Assembly (NCBI GenBank): GCA_964615905.1
Contig: CAZTUB010000007.1
Coordinates: 259,043 to 323,042 of the forward strand
Source of the DNA: an uncultured Clostridia bacterium
GTDB taxonomy: Bacteria > Acidobacteriota > Blastocatellia > UBA7656
Length of the DNA: 64,000 nt
Direction of reading: 5' to 3'
How positions within the stretch are numbered: position 1 is the first letter of the stretch; every line of letters starts with the position of its first letter. The notes below the pieces were generated by a model. It was not told where the DNA came from and ran no database searches. It saw only the letters and a program-made list of their open reading frames with translations. Below, piece by piece: positions 47,270-58,846 of this stretch. The position numbers were made by a program, and so were the translations under genes.

Positions 47270-48406
47270 ATGGAAAAGACCGCCATTGACTCGAAGATTG
47301 ATTGGGTCGCGCTCAGTCTTGTAACAGGCATAGGGTCGCGCACCGCAGGCTTGTTGATCGACCGGTTCGGATCGCCAAAGGGCTGTTTCGACGCCAGCCC
47401 GCACGCTCTCGAAGCCGCCGGGTTGAAGCGCGACGCTATTGCTGCCATCAAGAGTGCCGAGCCGCGCGAGCGCGCTTCGCGTGAGGTAGAGCAACTCGGA
47501 AAGCTCGGCGCAGAAGTCATCACACTTGCCGAGAGTCGATACCCGTGGCTGCTCCGCGAGACATACGACCCGCCCGTTGTCATCTACTGCCTCGGTGAGA
47601 TTGAGAGCGCGTTTGCGCGGCCCGCCATAGCGATAGTGGGGTCGCGCCATTGCTCGACCTATGGCCGCAACGTATCCGAGATGCTCGCGCGCGACCTGGC
47701 AGAAAGAGGGATCACAATTATTTCAGGACTGGCGCGAGGAATTGACACGGCCGCGCACGCGGGCGCGCTTTCGAGCCGGGGGGCGACAATAGCTGTGATG
47801 GGGACTGGCCTCGACTCAATCTATCCGAAAGAGAACCGCAAACTCGCCGAACGTATCGTCAGACAGGGCGTTCTGCTGACGGAGTTCCCGCTCTCGACTC
47901 CGCCGCTCAAGCAGAATTTCCCATTTCGCAACCGTGTAATCAGCGGGCTAGCTCTCGGCGTGCTGGTCGTCGAAGGCGCGGAGCGCAGCGGCTCGCTCAT
48001 AACAGCGCGCATGGCCTACGAGCAGGGGCGCGATGTCTTCGCGGTCCCTGGCAACATCACTTCATCAAAGAGCTTTGGGCCGAACTATCTTATAAAAGAC
48101 GGCGCAAAACTCGTACAGACCTGGCGCGACGTAGTCGACGAGCTTCCGTCGGACCTGAAGACGGCCCTGCTGGCTTCTGAAAAAGCGACGCCTGGCCAAG
48201 GGCAAATGGCTTTTGATGAAGTCGCTCTATCCGATGTCGAACGCCGTGTGCTTGCCATCTTGAAGCCGGATGAGCCTGTCCACATTGACCATTTGATCGC
48301 CGGTGCGAGCCTCCCGCAGGGCGATCTGATGGCGGCTTTGTTGAGTCTTGAGATGCAGGATAGAGTGAGGCAGCTTCCCGGTAAGAGCTTCGTGCGCCGC
48401 CTGTGA
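47270..48406 (+). CDS. dprA: DNA-processing protein DprA (Smf)
   Basis: Rossmann-like DprA core (AIVGSRHCSTYGR, ISGLARGIDTAAH, VLVVEGAERSGSLITA) plus a C-terminal winged-helix extension. Confidence 0.9.
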   Translation: MEKTAIDSKIDWVALSLVTGIGSRTAGLLIDRFGSPKGCFDASPHALEAAGLKRDAIAAIKSAEPRERASREVEQLGKLGAEVITLAESRYPWLLRETYDPPVVIYCLGEIESAFARPAIAIVGSRHCSTYGRNVSEMLARDLAERGITIISGLARGIDTAAHAGALSSRGATIAVMGTGLDSIYPKENRKLAERIVRQGVLLTEFPLSTPPLKQNFPFRNRVISGLALGVLVVEGAERSGSLITARMAYEQGRDVFAVPGNITSSKSFGPNYLIKDGAKLVQTWRDVVDELPSDLKTALLASEKATPGQGQMAFDEVALSDVERRVLAILKPDEPVHIDHLIAGASLPQGDLMAALLSLEMQDRVRQLPGKSFVRRL

Positions 48407-48523
48407 GCGAAAAGTGGCGTTGCTTGACACCGCAGTCCTGCAACGCTAGAGTGAATGTTTTCAGGTGAGAGTTCGAAAGCTGACCGGGACTATAGGTCCA
48501 ATTTATACAGGCATTTCGCAATT

Positions 48524-51016
48524 ATGGCAAAATCACTCGTAGTCGTTGAATCGCCGTCAAAGGCGAAGACAATCAATAAATATTTAGGCTCTGAGTATCA
48601 AGTCCTGGCTTCGGTCGGCCATATCAAAGACCTGCCGAAAAAAGGGATAGGCATCGATTTCGACAACGAATTCGAGCCTACTTACGAAGTGATACCAGGC
48701 AAAGAGAAGGTCATTAAGCAGCTCAAGGCCGCCGCGAAGGAGGCCGATACCATCTACGTCGCGACAGACCCTGATCGCGAGGGTGAGGCGATTGGCTGGC
48801 ACATCAAAGAAGAGCTTGAGGGGCGGGGCAAGAACCGCAAGCCCGTCCGTCGCGTCATGTTTAACGAGATCACGAAATCGGCCATACAGGAGTCCTTCAA
48901 GCACCCGACAGAGATCGACCAGAACCTCGTCGATGCGCAGCAGGCGCGTCGCTTGCTCGACCGGATAGTCGGCTATCAGGTTAGCCCGCTTTTGTGGGAC
49001 AAGGTACGAAGGGGGCTTTCGGCGGGCCGTGTCCAGTCGGTTGCGCTCCGGCTTGTCGTCGAGCGCGAGCGCGAGATTCTCGCTTTCGTGCCGACAGAGT
49101 ATTGGACGATAACGGCGAATCTATCTTCCCACCTGCCGCCCGCCTTCGACGCGCGGCTACTGCGGGTTGACGACAAGACGGTCAAGACTTCCGACTTCGG
49201 CGAAGATGTTAAGAAGACCGAAGTACACATCAAGGAAGAAAAGCATGCCAAACAGATAGTCGCCGACCTGAAAAAGCAGAGCTTCGTCGTCTCTTCCGTC
49301 ACGACGAAAGAGAAGAAGCGCAATCCCGTGCCGCCGTTCATCACCTCCAAGTTACAGCAAGAGGCCGCCCGCAAGCTGCGCTTCAACGTGAAGAAGACTA
49401 TGCAGCTTGCCCAAAGGCTTTACGAAGGCGTAGAGATCGGTAGCGAAGGGCTTGTCGGCCTTATCAGCTACATGCGAACCGATTCGACTCGCGTCGCCGA
49501 CACGGCTCTCGCGGAGGTGCGCGATATGATCGGCTCCCAGTTCGGGCCGGACTACCTGCCCGAAAAGGCTGTGCATTACCGCTCGAAGAAAGACGCCCAG
49601 GATGCGCACGAAGCGATCCGTCCGACCTCTGCGATGCGAACACCTGATTCGGTTGCGCGCTATCTCGGAAAAGACGAGCTTGCGCTCTACAAGCTCATCT
49701 GGCAGCGGTTCGTTGCGTCTCAGATGATGCCCGCGCTTTTCGACCAGACCACGATAGACATAAAGGCGGGCGAGCGGTACCTGTTCCGCGCTACCGGGTC
49801 CGTCTTGAAGTTCAACGGCTTTCTCGCCGTCTACGAAGAAGGCAAGGACGAGAAGGACGAGGAAGACGAGGAGCAGGCGCTGACGCTGCCTCGTGTCGAG
49901 CAAGGCGAGCAGCTCAAGCTCAACAAGCTGAAGCCCGACCAGCACTTCACGGAACCGCCGCCTCGCTTCACAGAGGCCACGCTGGTGAAGGCGCTTGAAG
50001 AGAAGGGCATCGGTCGGCCTTCGACTTACGCATCTATCATGACGGTCATACTTGACCGCGAATACGTTGCCCGCAAGGATGGACGGTTCATGCCTACAGA
50101 GCTTGGCATGATCGTCAACGATCTTCTGGTCGAAAGCTTTCACGATCTTTTCAACATCCAGTACACGGCCCGAATGGAAGAAGAGCTGGACGAGATCGAA
50201 GAAGGCAAGATGAAATGGACAGACGCGCTCGCGGAGTTTTACGGCAAGTTTACAAAAGACCTTGAGAGCGCGAAGGCGCACATGCGCGACGTAAAGCGGC
50301 AGGAGATCATCACCGACGAGAAATGCGAGAATTGCGGCTCGCCGATGGCGATCAAGTTCGGGCGCTACGGCCAGTTCCTCGCCTGCACGAATTATCCTGA
50401 TTGCAAGACCACGCGCGATATAGCCAAGGTGCACGATGAAGCGGGCGAAGAAGCGCACGCCGAAGCGGCAGAGGAGCTTTGCGAAACCTGCGGTCGCCCG
50501 ATGGCGATGAAGCGCGGGAGGTTCGGCCAGTTCCTCGCCTGCACGGGCTACCCTGAATGCAAGACCACACGCAAGATTCAGAAGGGAGGCAAGATCGCCG
50601 CCGCCGATGTTGCGCTCGAAGAGTTATGCCCGAACTGCTCTAAGCACCTCGTTATCAAGCAGGGCAGGTTCGGCCCGTTCACGGCCTGCTCGAATTACCC
50701 GGAGTGCAAGTACATAAAGCAGGAGACCACAGGCGTAACTTGCCCCGAAGACGGCGGCGAGATCGTCGTCAAGAAGGGAAAACGCAACCGCGTCTTTTAC
50801 GGCTGCTCGAACTATCCGAAGTGCAACTTTGCCGTGTGGGATAAGCCTGTGCCGAAGCCCTGCCCGGAGTGTGGCGCGCGCTTTCTTGTGGAGAAGGCGA
50901 CCAAAGACGGCGACCGATTCCTGGCCTGCCGCACCGAAGGGTGCAAACACAAAGAGCCGCTGCCCGATAGAGGCGATACGGGGAAGGGCGGCGATGTGTC
51001 GCGCCTTACCGCGTGA
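48524..51016 (+). CDS. topA: DNA topoisomerase I
   Basis: Toprim N-terminus MAKSLVVVESPSKAKTINKYLG, the active-site region, and four C-terminal Cys4 zinc ribbons. Confidence 0.95.
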   Translation: MAKSLVVVESPSKAKTINKYLGSEYQVLASVGHIKDLPKKGIGIDFDNEFEPTYEVIPGKEKVIKQLKAAAKEADTIYVATDPDREGEAIGWHIKEELEGRGKNRKPVRRVMFNEITKSAIQESFKHPTEIDQNLVDAQQARRLLDRIVGYQVSPLLWDKVRRGLSAGRVQSVALRLVVEREREILAFVPTEYWTITANLSSHLPPAFDARLLRVDDKTVKTSDFGEDVKKTEVHIKEEKHAKQIVADLKKQSFVVSSVTTKEKKRNPVPPFITSKLQQEAARKLRFNVKKTMQLAQRLYEGVEIGSEGLVGLISYMRTDSTRVADTALAEVRDMIGSQFGPDYLPEKAVHYRSKKDAQDAHEAIRPTSAMRTPDSVARYLGKDELALYKLIWQRFVASQMMPALFDQTTIDIKAGERYLFRATGSVLKFNGFLAVYEEGKDEKDEEDEEQALTLPRVEQGEQLKLNKLKPDQHFTEPPPRFTEATLVKALEEKGIGRPSTYASIMTVILDREYVARKDGRFMPTELGMIVNDLLVESFHDLFNIQYTARMEEELDEIEEGKMKWTDALAEFYGKFTKDLESAKAHMRDVKRQEIITDEKCENCGSPMAIKFGRYGQFLACTNYPDCKTTRDIAKVHDEAGEEAHAEAAEELCETCGRPMAMKRGRFGQFLACTGYPECKTTRKIQKGGKIAAADVALEELCPNCSKHLVIKQGRFGPFTACSNYPECKYIKQETTGVTCPEDGGEIVVKKGKRNRVFYGCSNYPKCNFAVWDKPVPKPCPECGARFLVEKATKDGDRFLACRTEGCKHKEPLPDRGDTGKGGDVSRLTA

Positions 51017-51175
51017 CGGGTCTCGGTTTAATTCGACAGGCGAGAGCGGCGCGTCCGGTCGGGCGTGCCGCTCTTTTCGTTTGCCGCCAACTTTTGATAT
51101 ACAAACCCGCGCGGTTTTGTTATACAAATCGGGCGAGATAAGGCTCGGTCCATGGCTCGGCTCATTTGACCCCGT

Positions 51176-52306
51176 ATGATTAAAAAGCGAATAACGCTCA
51201 TATTTCTCCTCATCGTTACGGCCTTTGCTTTATACCTCAGCTATCTTCTGTTCGAGCCGTTTCTAGCTCCGCTCTTTTCGGCGGTCGTCATCGCGGTGGT
51301 CTTCTACCCCGTCCAAGCGCGCATGCACCAGCTTATAAAGAGCCCAAGCGTCTCCGCGCTTCTTTCGACAATCCTCGTCAGCCTGATCATAATCGGGCCG
51401 GGATTGATGCTCGTCGCGGCGCTGACCCACGAAATCACTTCGCTCTATGACCTCCTCGATCAAAAAAGCTCTGACGCGGGCGGATTCAGCCCGTTTATCA
51501 CGCAGTTGATAGACAAGCCGATGCAGTTTGTCGGGAGATATATAGACGTGTCGAACTTTAACCCGCGCGCGTGGCTTGCCGGTCGGCTTCAACAGATAAG
51601 CGGTTTCGTGTTCGCGCAGGCAGGGATGATCCTTAGCAACCTGACATCATTCATCGTGAGCACTGTAGTGGCCTTCTTCACGCTATTCTTCCTGTTTCGT
51701 GAGGGCCGCACCATGCGAAGGCGCGCCGCCGCCGTCTTGCCGCTCAGCCACGAACAGGTGGACAAGCTCTTTACGGGGATCAATAACATAATCATAGCTA
51801 CCGTTTACGGCGGCGGCGTAGTGGCCGCCGTACAGGGCGCGATGGTAGGTCTCGCGCTGTGGGTGCTTGGCGTTCCGTCGCCTGTCCTCTGGAGCCTTGT
51901 CGCGGCGTTCTTCGCGTTGATCCCGCTGGTCGGGACGGCTGCCGTGTGGCTCCCGGCTGCGCTCTATCTCGGATTCACTGGAAGCTGGGTGAAGGCGATA
52001 ATCCTCGTCGCATGGGGCGCTGGCGTGGTCGGCCTTGTCGATAATTTCCTTCGGCCTATCCTGATTAGCGGGCGCGTGCAGATGCACACGCTGCTTGTCT
52101 TTTTTTCGCTCTTTGGCGGAGCGACCGTCTTCGGCTTCCTGGGCCTGTTTATCGGGCCTGTTATAATCGCTTTGACGATAACTCTGCTTGGCATGCTCCG
52201 AGATGAGCTGCGCACCTGGCAGGAGTTCTGGCACGAGCAACCGGCAGAGGTCGCCGCCCCCGTTACTCCCGTTGTTGATGTGCCGGGTACGCCGCCCCTG
52301 GAATAA
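51176..52306 (+). CDS. AI-2E family transporter (second paralog in the window)
   Basis: Multi-TM protein with the conserved C-terminal block typical of UPF0118/AI-2E. Confidence 0.75.
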   Translation: MIKKRITLIFLLIVTAFALYLSYLLFEPFLAPLFSAVVIAVVFYPVQARMHQLIKSPSVSALLSTILVSLIIIGPGLMLVAALTHEITSLYDLLDQKSSDAGGFSPFITQLIDKPMQFVGRYIDVSNFNPRAWLAGRLQQISGFVFAQAGMILSNLTSFIVSTVVAFFTLFFLFREGRTMRRRAAAVLPLSHEQVDKLFTGINNIIIATVYGGGVVAAVQGAMVGLALWVLGVPSPVLWSLVAAFFALIPLVGTAAVWLPAALYLGFTGSWVKAIILVAWGAGVVGLVDNFLRPILISGRVQMHTLLVFFSLFGGATVFGFLGLFIGPVIIALTITLLGMLRDELRTWQEFWHEQPAEVAAPVTPVVDVPGTPPLE

Positions 52307-52454
52307 GAAAAGTCTGCCCCGTCCAACCATTCCGGCTGGCTCCTCATCGAAAAGCGCGTCGCTTTGCAATTCCGGCGACGCTAATGTACCCTTTATGGTG
52401 AGGTTTTCGAAGCTTCCACCACTAAACAAAGTCTTACTGACATCGAGGGGCGAT

Positions 52455-54983
52455 ATGCGCGTTTTAGACAATCTTAAAGGCTCCGTGAACGGATTCGGAA
52501 ATTCACACAACTGGCTACAGGACTTCTTCCGCCAGTACACATTCCTGGCGCTTGTCGCGCTGTCGGTCATCGCAGGGATCATGTTCGGCGCGACCGTGGC
52601 ATATCAGGCGAGCATGACCGAGGAGGCTCGCCAGGTGGCCGCGCTCGCCAGCTACAGGCCGAACCTTGTCACGCAGGTTATCGCCGCCGACGGCAAGACT
52701 GTTGTCGGTGAGTTCTCGCTCGAACGGCGAATCCCCGTCACATACGACCAGATACCTGAGCGGCTTCGCCAGGCCATCTGGGCTATCGAAGACGACAGGT
52801 TCTTTCAGCACATAGGCGTGGACCCGATCCGCATAGGCATGGCCGTCGTCAAGAACGTGACTACAGGCAGGAAAGCCGAGGGCGCTTCGACACTGACGCA
52901 GCAGCTCGCACGCGCGCTCTTTCTTACCCCGGAAAAGACCTACACGAGAAAGATCAAAGAGATACTTCTATCGCTTCAAATCGAGCGTTACTACACCAAA
53001 GAGCAGATCATGGAGATGTATTGCAACCAGATCTTTCTCGGCGGCGGCGCATACGGGTTCGAAGCGGCCTCACAATATTATTTCTCAAAACCGTTAAAAG
53101 ACCTGAGCCTTGAAGAGGCTGCGCTTTTGGCGGGGCTCCCGCAAGCGCCGAGCCTCTACTCGCCGACCCGCGACGAGAAGGCGGCGACCGACCGCCGAAA
53201 CATCGTGCTTTTCCGCATGCGCGAAGAAGGCTACATCTCAGAGGAGCAGTACAATCAGGCGCGGCAAAAGAAGATCAACCTGACCTTGAGCCCGCAGCGC
53301 GACAATAACAACTCGATCCACGGCTACTTTGTCGAAGAGGTGCGGCAAGAAGCCGAGCAGACCTTCGGGACTCAACAGACCCTGACCCAGGGCATGAACA
53401 TCTACACGACGATAGATCACGTCGCGCAGAGAGAGGCGTTGCGTGCGGTAAGGCGTGGCGTGCACGCATACCAGGACCGCCACGGTAAGAAATGGAGGGG
53501 CAAGCTGATAAACGTGCTCGACACGAAGATGGCTTACGACCTCAATCACTTTTCGCACGCCGATTGGATGGGCGATTACATCGCGGGCGAATACATACAC
53601 GGGCTTGTGATGAACGTGTTACCGGCGAGCGCGGAAATCCGTTTCGGGGATTACAAGGCGACCGTTACAGAAGCGGCGACGAAATGGGCAGGCGGGCCGC
53701 CTTCGCGGCTTTTGAAGAAAGGCGACCTGGCCGTCTTCAGGGTCATCAAGGTCGAAAATGACAAGAAGCTGCTCGAAGTGACTTTAGATCAGATCCCGCT
53801 CGTAGACGCAGCGCTTGTCTGTCTCGACTCAAAGAACGGGGAGGTCAAGGCGCTCGTGGGCGGGTATGACTTCTCGACTCGGAAGTTTAACAACGCTACA
53901 CAGGCAGAGCGGCAGACGGGGTCGGTCTTCAAACCGTTTTTGTACGCCGCCGCAATCGAGTACGGGTTCACGCCCGACACGGTTGTTGACGGCAGCGCTT
54001 TCCATGACCCGCGAACCGGGTGGTCGCCGCACAATTATGACGGTTCGGCCGGGAGCGGGTCGTTGCCGCTCAGGAATGCCTTACAGCACTCGCTGAACGT
54101 CGTCGCCGTGCGGCTGTTGCATACAATCGGCGTGGATAAAGGCGCCGAGATCGTAAAGCGATTCGGGCTGCCAAACCCGATGAAGCGAGTGCTCCCGTCG
54201 GCGCTCGGCGCGACCGAAGAGCCGCTGATCGATATGGTAAGCGCGTACTCCGCTTTCTCGAACCAGGGTGTGAGGGTCAAGCCTCACTTGATCAAACAGG
54301 TCACGGATTCGGACGGGAACGTCTTGCAGGAGTGGCCGCAGGAATCCTACAAAGTCATCTCGCCCTATGTCGCGTCGCAGATGCAAGACATGATGCGAAC
54401 GGTTGTGACGAGCGGGACCGGCGGCCCGATCATGGGCAACAAGGAACTGGCTAAGCGGATGATCGCAGGGAAGACCGGGACGGTGAACGATTTCACGGAT
54501 GCGTGGTTTATCGGCTACACGCCGACATATACAGCGGGAGTTTGGATCGGATACCCTGGCATGAAACGGAGCCTTGGCAACAAGGAGGCCGGTGGCGTCG
54601 CGGCCCTGCCCATGTGGATTCATTTCATGGAAAAGTTCCTCAAGGACAAGCCGAACGACAGGTTCCCGAAAGCCCCTGCGCCGGATAAGGAGATACTCGC
54701 TCGCCGCAGCGAGGCGCAGCGAGCCATCCAACGAGTCGCGGCGGAAGAAGCGACCGCTCCTGTCCTTGATGACATAGCCGATCAGGCGAAGAACGCCGTG
54801 AAGGAAGGCGAAGAGCAAAAAGAGCCGACGGACCGCCCTGTTCCCAAGATGGAAGAGCCCGAACGCGGGCAGCCGCCCCGGACGAACCGCGAGGAGAGGC
54901 CTCGTCCCGATTCTGACCGCCCGCCGCCGGATGACCGTGGCAAGGAAGAGAAAGAGAAGAAAAAACGCGGGAAGAACGGTTGA
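52455..54983 (+). CDS. mrcA: Penicillin-binding protein 1A (bifunctional transglycosylase/transpeptidase)
   Basis: GT51 motifs (AIEDDRFFQHIGVD, RKIKE), transpeptidase SxxK (GSVFKPF), SxN and KTGT (AGKTGTVND), and a C-terminal basic/Pro-rich tail. The start at 52455 has a GAGGGG RBS. Confidence 0.9.
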   Translation: MRVLDNLKGSVNGFGNSHNWLQDFFRQYTFLALVALSVIAGIMFGATVAYQASMTEEARQVAALASYRPNLVTQVIAADGKTVVGEFSLERRIPVTYDQIPERLRQAIWAIEDDRFFQHIGVDPIRIGMAVVKNVTTGRKAEGASTLTQQLARALFLTPEKTYTRKIKEILLSLQIERYYTKEQIMEMYCNQIFLGGGAYGFEAASQYYFSKPLKDLSLEEAALLAGLPQAPSLYSPTRDEKAATDRRNIVLFRMREEGYISEEQYNQARQKKINLTLSPQRDNNNSIHGYFVEEVRQEAEQTFGTQQTLTQGMNIYTTIDHVAQREALRAVRRGVHAYQDRHGKKWRGKLINVLDTKMAYDLNHFSHADWMGDYIAGEYIHGLVMNVLPASAEIRFGDYKATVTEAATKWAGGPPSRLLKKGDLAVFRVIKVENDKKLLEVTLDQIPLVDAALVCLDSKNGEVKALVGGYDFSTRKFNNATQAERQTGSVFKPFLYAAAIEYGFTPDTVVDGSAFHDPRTGWSPHNYDGSAGSGSLPLRNALQHSLNVVAVRLLHTIGVDKGAEIVKRFGLPNPMKRVLPSALGATEEPLIDMVSAYSAFSNQGVRVKPHLIKQVTDSDGNVLQEWPQESYKVISPYVASQMQDMMRTVVTSGTGGPIMGNKELAKRMIAGKTGTVNDFTDAWFIGYTPTYTAGVWIGYPGMKRSLGNKEAGGVAALPMWIHFMEKFLKDKPNDRFPKAPAPDKEILARRSEAQRAIQRVAAEEATAPVLDDIADQAKNAVKEGEEQKEPTDRPVPKMEEPERGQPPRTNREERPRPDSDRPPPDDRGKEEKEKKKRGKNG

Positions 54984-55074
54984 TTCGGTCGTCAGACAAT
55001 TAAATGCCCGGAGGCGGTTTCCCTTTGGAACGCTTCCGGGCTAGCGCATTAACCCCCGGCCTTTTGTTAACGAC

Positions 55075-55530
55075 ATGCTGCTCATAATTATCTTTGTAGC
55101 AATCGTTGTCTCCGCCCTCTGGTGGTTCAATAGCCAGAGGCGTATAAGCTACAACGAGCGCCATTATCTGAAGCAGCGAGGGTATGAGGTAGAGAGCGCG
55201 GCGGAAGCGAGGCCGCCCGTTCCGAAAGACGCGCGGTTGTTTGCGCTGATCGAATCCCTAAGCGACCTGTCGCCTTACTCGCGCCAGAAAGCCGCTGAAG
55301 ACCTGCTCAAAATGTGCGCAGCCGGCAACCGCGATGAGCGAATGCTCTCCGCGCTTACAAGCGCGCTCGAAGACAGCGACGCATCGGTCCGCCGCACCGC
55401 CGCCACGGCCCTCGGAGAGCTTGGCGATGCCCGCGCAATCGAGCCGTTAACCAATCTTGTCGAATCGGAAGATTCTATCCACGTTCGTTCGGCCGCGCAG
55501 AAGGCGCTGGCGAAGCTGACAACAGACTGA
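55075..55530 (+). CDS. HEAT-repeat (PBS-lyase-like) protein with an N-terminal TM helix
   Basis: Repeated ~30-aa units with conserved D/A/VR...A..ALG.LGD.RAIEPL. Confidence 0.55.
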   Translation: MLLIIIFVAIVVSALWWFNSQRRISYNERHYLKQRGYEVESAAEARPPVPKDARLFALIESLSDLSPYSRQKAAEDLLKMCAAGNRDERMLSALTSALEDSDASVRRTAATALGELGDARAIEPLTNLVESEDSIHVRSAAQKALAKLTTD

Positions 55531-55546
55531 AGCTGCCCCGCTTGAA

Positions 55547-56020
55547 ATGAACAGGCATGCCAGGAATTTAGTTATCGCGGTCTTCGTGATCTCTTCTCTT
55601 ACCGGGATCGACGAGGCTCATATATTCGCACAGTCTAAGCCCGAAGCGGCCTCGGCCGACTTCGGTGAGTTTACGAGTATGAAATCCGAAGAGATTATCA
55701 ACGAAGCCCTCAAGACCGGCAGCGTCGTGATAATCATCAGCCGTCTTGGAAAAGGCGATACTCGCGCAAATCTCCACCGGAGGCGCTTGCATAATGCGCG
55801 AGCGCGTCTCGTTGATTACTCGCAGCGACTGGCTAAAGAGAAGGTAGTCACGGCCATCGGAGACCGTGTAAAAGGCGGCGGGCAAGTCGAGTATTACGTC
55901 AACGGCAGGCTTGTTTATATTGTCATATTCAAACCCAATCAAGATTTCAGCGTGGACTGCTGCGACGAGGACCCCCTGTATTACCCCTGGTACAAAGAGG
56001 GAAAGCGAAAACGCATCTAG
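55547..56020 (+). CDS. Hypothetical secreted protein
   Basis: N-terminal signal/TM; no recognised motif. Confidence 0.35.
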   Translation: MNRHARNLVIAVFVISSLTGIDEAHIFAQSKPEAASADFGEFTSMKSEEIINEALKTGSVVIIISRLGKGDTRANLHRRRLHNARARLVDYSQRLAKEKVVTAIGDRVKGGGQVEYYVNGRLVYIVIFKPNQDFSVDCCDEDPLYYPWYKEGKRKRI

Positions 56021-56038
56021 TTGATCAGCTGCGGTACC

Positions 56039-57574
56039 TTAAAGCTTGTGCTCGCCGTTCACATAATATTTGAAGGCCATCTTTGCCAGCTTCCAGACCT
56101 TGCCCCACTCGATGTTGCCGCTCTCGCCGCGTATCAACTGGTTTACGATCAACCCGCGCAGGTAACGGCCTTCGCGCTTGAACATAAACCGTTTGGCGTA
56201 AGGCCGCGCAACCTCAAAAAAGTTGAAGTTCGGATCGACCTGAGTGCCGATGCCTTCGAGCGTCATGATCGCCCTGATGATGTACGTAAAGCTCGCCGGT
56301 ATGCGGAAAGGAAATTCATAGACCACGTCCGCCAGATCGAACATCAGCTCTTTGAAATGCACGTCGCCAAGCCGCTGCCCCAGGTATCTCGTAAAGAGCA
56401 TCTCAATCGTAGGCTTGAACCGGGCTTCCTCTTCCGGCGACAGTTCGATGAAACCCATCCGAACCATATCTTCGACCAGCCCGTGAACATCACGCTCGAC
56501 TATGTGAAAGAAGGCGTTGATGAGCTTCGATTGAAGCTCTACAGGGAGCCGCCCGACCATCCCGAAATCGAAGAATGCCAATCGCCCGTCCGCCATCACA
56601 CGCAAGTTGCCGGGGTGCGGGTCGGCGTGAAAGAAACCGTCTTCGAGCAGTTGTTTTAGATAAGTTCGCGCAAGTAGCTTTACTACTTCGTGCGGGTTCA
56701 TCCCGGCAGCGGTTACGCCCTCATTGTCCGTGACCTTGAGCCCCTCGATGAACTCCATCACTATCAGCCGCCTGGTCGAGAATATCTGGAAAATCTGCGG
56801 GACGTATACCTCGCGCCATTCCACGAAATTCTTCCTGAAAATCTCGGCGTTGCGTGTCTCAAGCTCGTAATCCATCTCGTCCGAGATTGTGGCGCGAAAC
56901 TCTCTGAGAGTGCCGTGCCAATCGACTCCGCGAATCAGGTTCGGGTATCGCTCAAGGATGGTTGCCACTCTGTGAAGCGCGGCTACGTCAAAATCGATTT
57001 GCTCTGAGATGTCGGGCCGCTGCACCTTTACGGCTACCACATGACCAGTTTTGAGAGTCGCCCTGTAGACCTGTCCGAGCGACGCGGCAGCGATTGGCTC
57101 CGCGCCAAAGTCATCGAATATCTCTTCGATCTTTGCCTGTAGCTCATGCTCGATAATCCGCCGTGCCTCTACGGTCGGGAAAGGCGGCACTTCATCCTGA
57201 AGCTTTGACAGTTCCTGTATGTATTCAACCGGCAGGATGTCTGCGCGTGTCGCGAGCGTCTGACCAATCTTAATAAAAGTAGGGCCGAGGGCGAGCAGCT
57301 TATCTCTCAAGACGCGCCCTTCGCGATGTCGAAGGTCTGTTGCGGGAGTCTTCTTTGTGCCGAACCACCCGCGCGAGTTGATGTAGAGCCGCGCTCCAAA
57401 CGCAAGAAATGTCAGGAGGATTCTAAGCAGCCGCAGATAGCCTTTGAAGCCGAGCGGCGGGTAGGTCACTTCCTCTTTCGCGGCAGGGGCTAACGCCTCA
57501 GGCTCCACGACTCTGGCGTCGATTGGCGCGAGCTCTCGCGGTGGAGGAGAATCTGGCAGTTGGCTTTGCATCAA
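56039..57574 (-). CDS. ABC1/UbiB/AarF-family atypical kinase
   Basis: FIKIGQTLATRAD, AAASLGQVY.A, VAVKVQRP, HADPHPGN motifs; a C-terminal TM region. Confidence 0.85.
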   Translation of the reverse strand: MMQSQLPDSPPPRELAPIDARVVEPEALAPAAKEEVTYPPLGFKGYLRLLRILLTFLAFGARLYINSRGWFGTKKTPATDLRHREGRVLRDKLLALGPTFIKIGQTLATRADILPVEYIQELSKLQDEVPPFPTVEARRIIEHELQAKIEEIFDDFGAEPIAAASLGQVYRATLKTGHVVAVKVQRPDISEQIDFDVAALHRVATILERYPNLIRGVDWHGTLREFRATISDEMDYELETRNAEIFRKNFVEWREVYVPQIFQIFSTRRLIVMEFIEGLKVTDNEGVTAAGMNPHEVVKLLARTYLKQLLEDGFFHADPHPGNLRVMADGRLAFFDFGMVGRLPVELQSKLINAFFHIVERDVHGLVEDMVRMGFIELSPEEEARFKPTIEMLFTRYLGQRLGDVHFKELMFDLADVVYEFPFRIPASFTYIIRAIMTLEGIGTQVDPNFNFFEVARPYAKRFMFKREGRYLRGLIVNQLIRGESGNIEWGKVWKLAKMAFKYYVNGEHKL

Positions 57575-57634
57575 TACCTAATACGCTGTTCGTCCCTAAA
57601 ACGTTGCCACACCAAAATTCTAGCACACCTCAAA

Positions 57635-58845
<1,211 letters not shown>

Positions 58846-58846
<1 letters not shown>

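Noticed and set aside
49352-50458. 368-aa - strand ORF inside topA (also 54081..54818 - inside PBP1A, 30075..31028 + inside the permeases, 59047..59997 + inside ggt, 33844..35262 + inside ligase)
   Set aside because: Antisense to genes with unambiguous conserved motifs.
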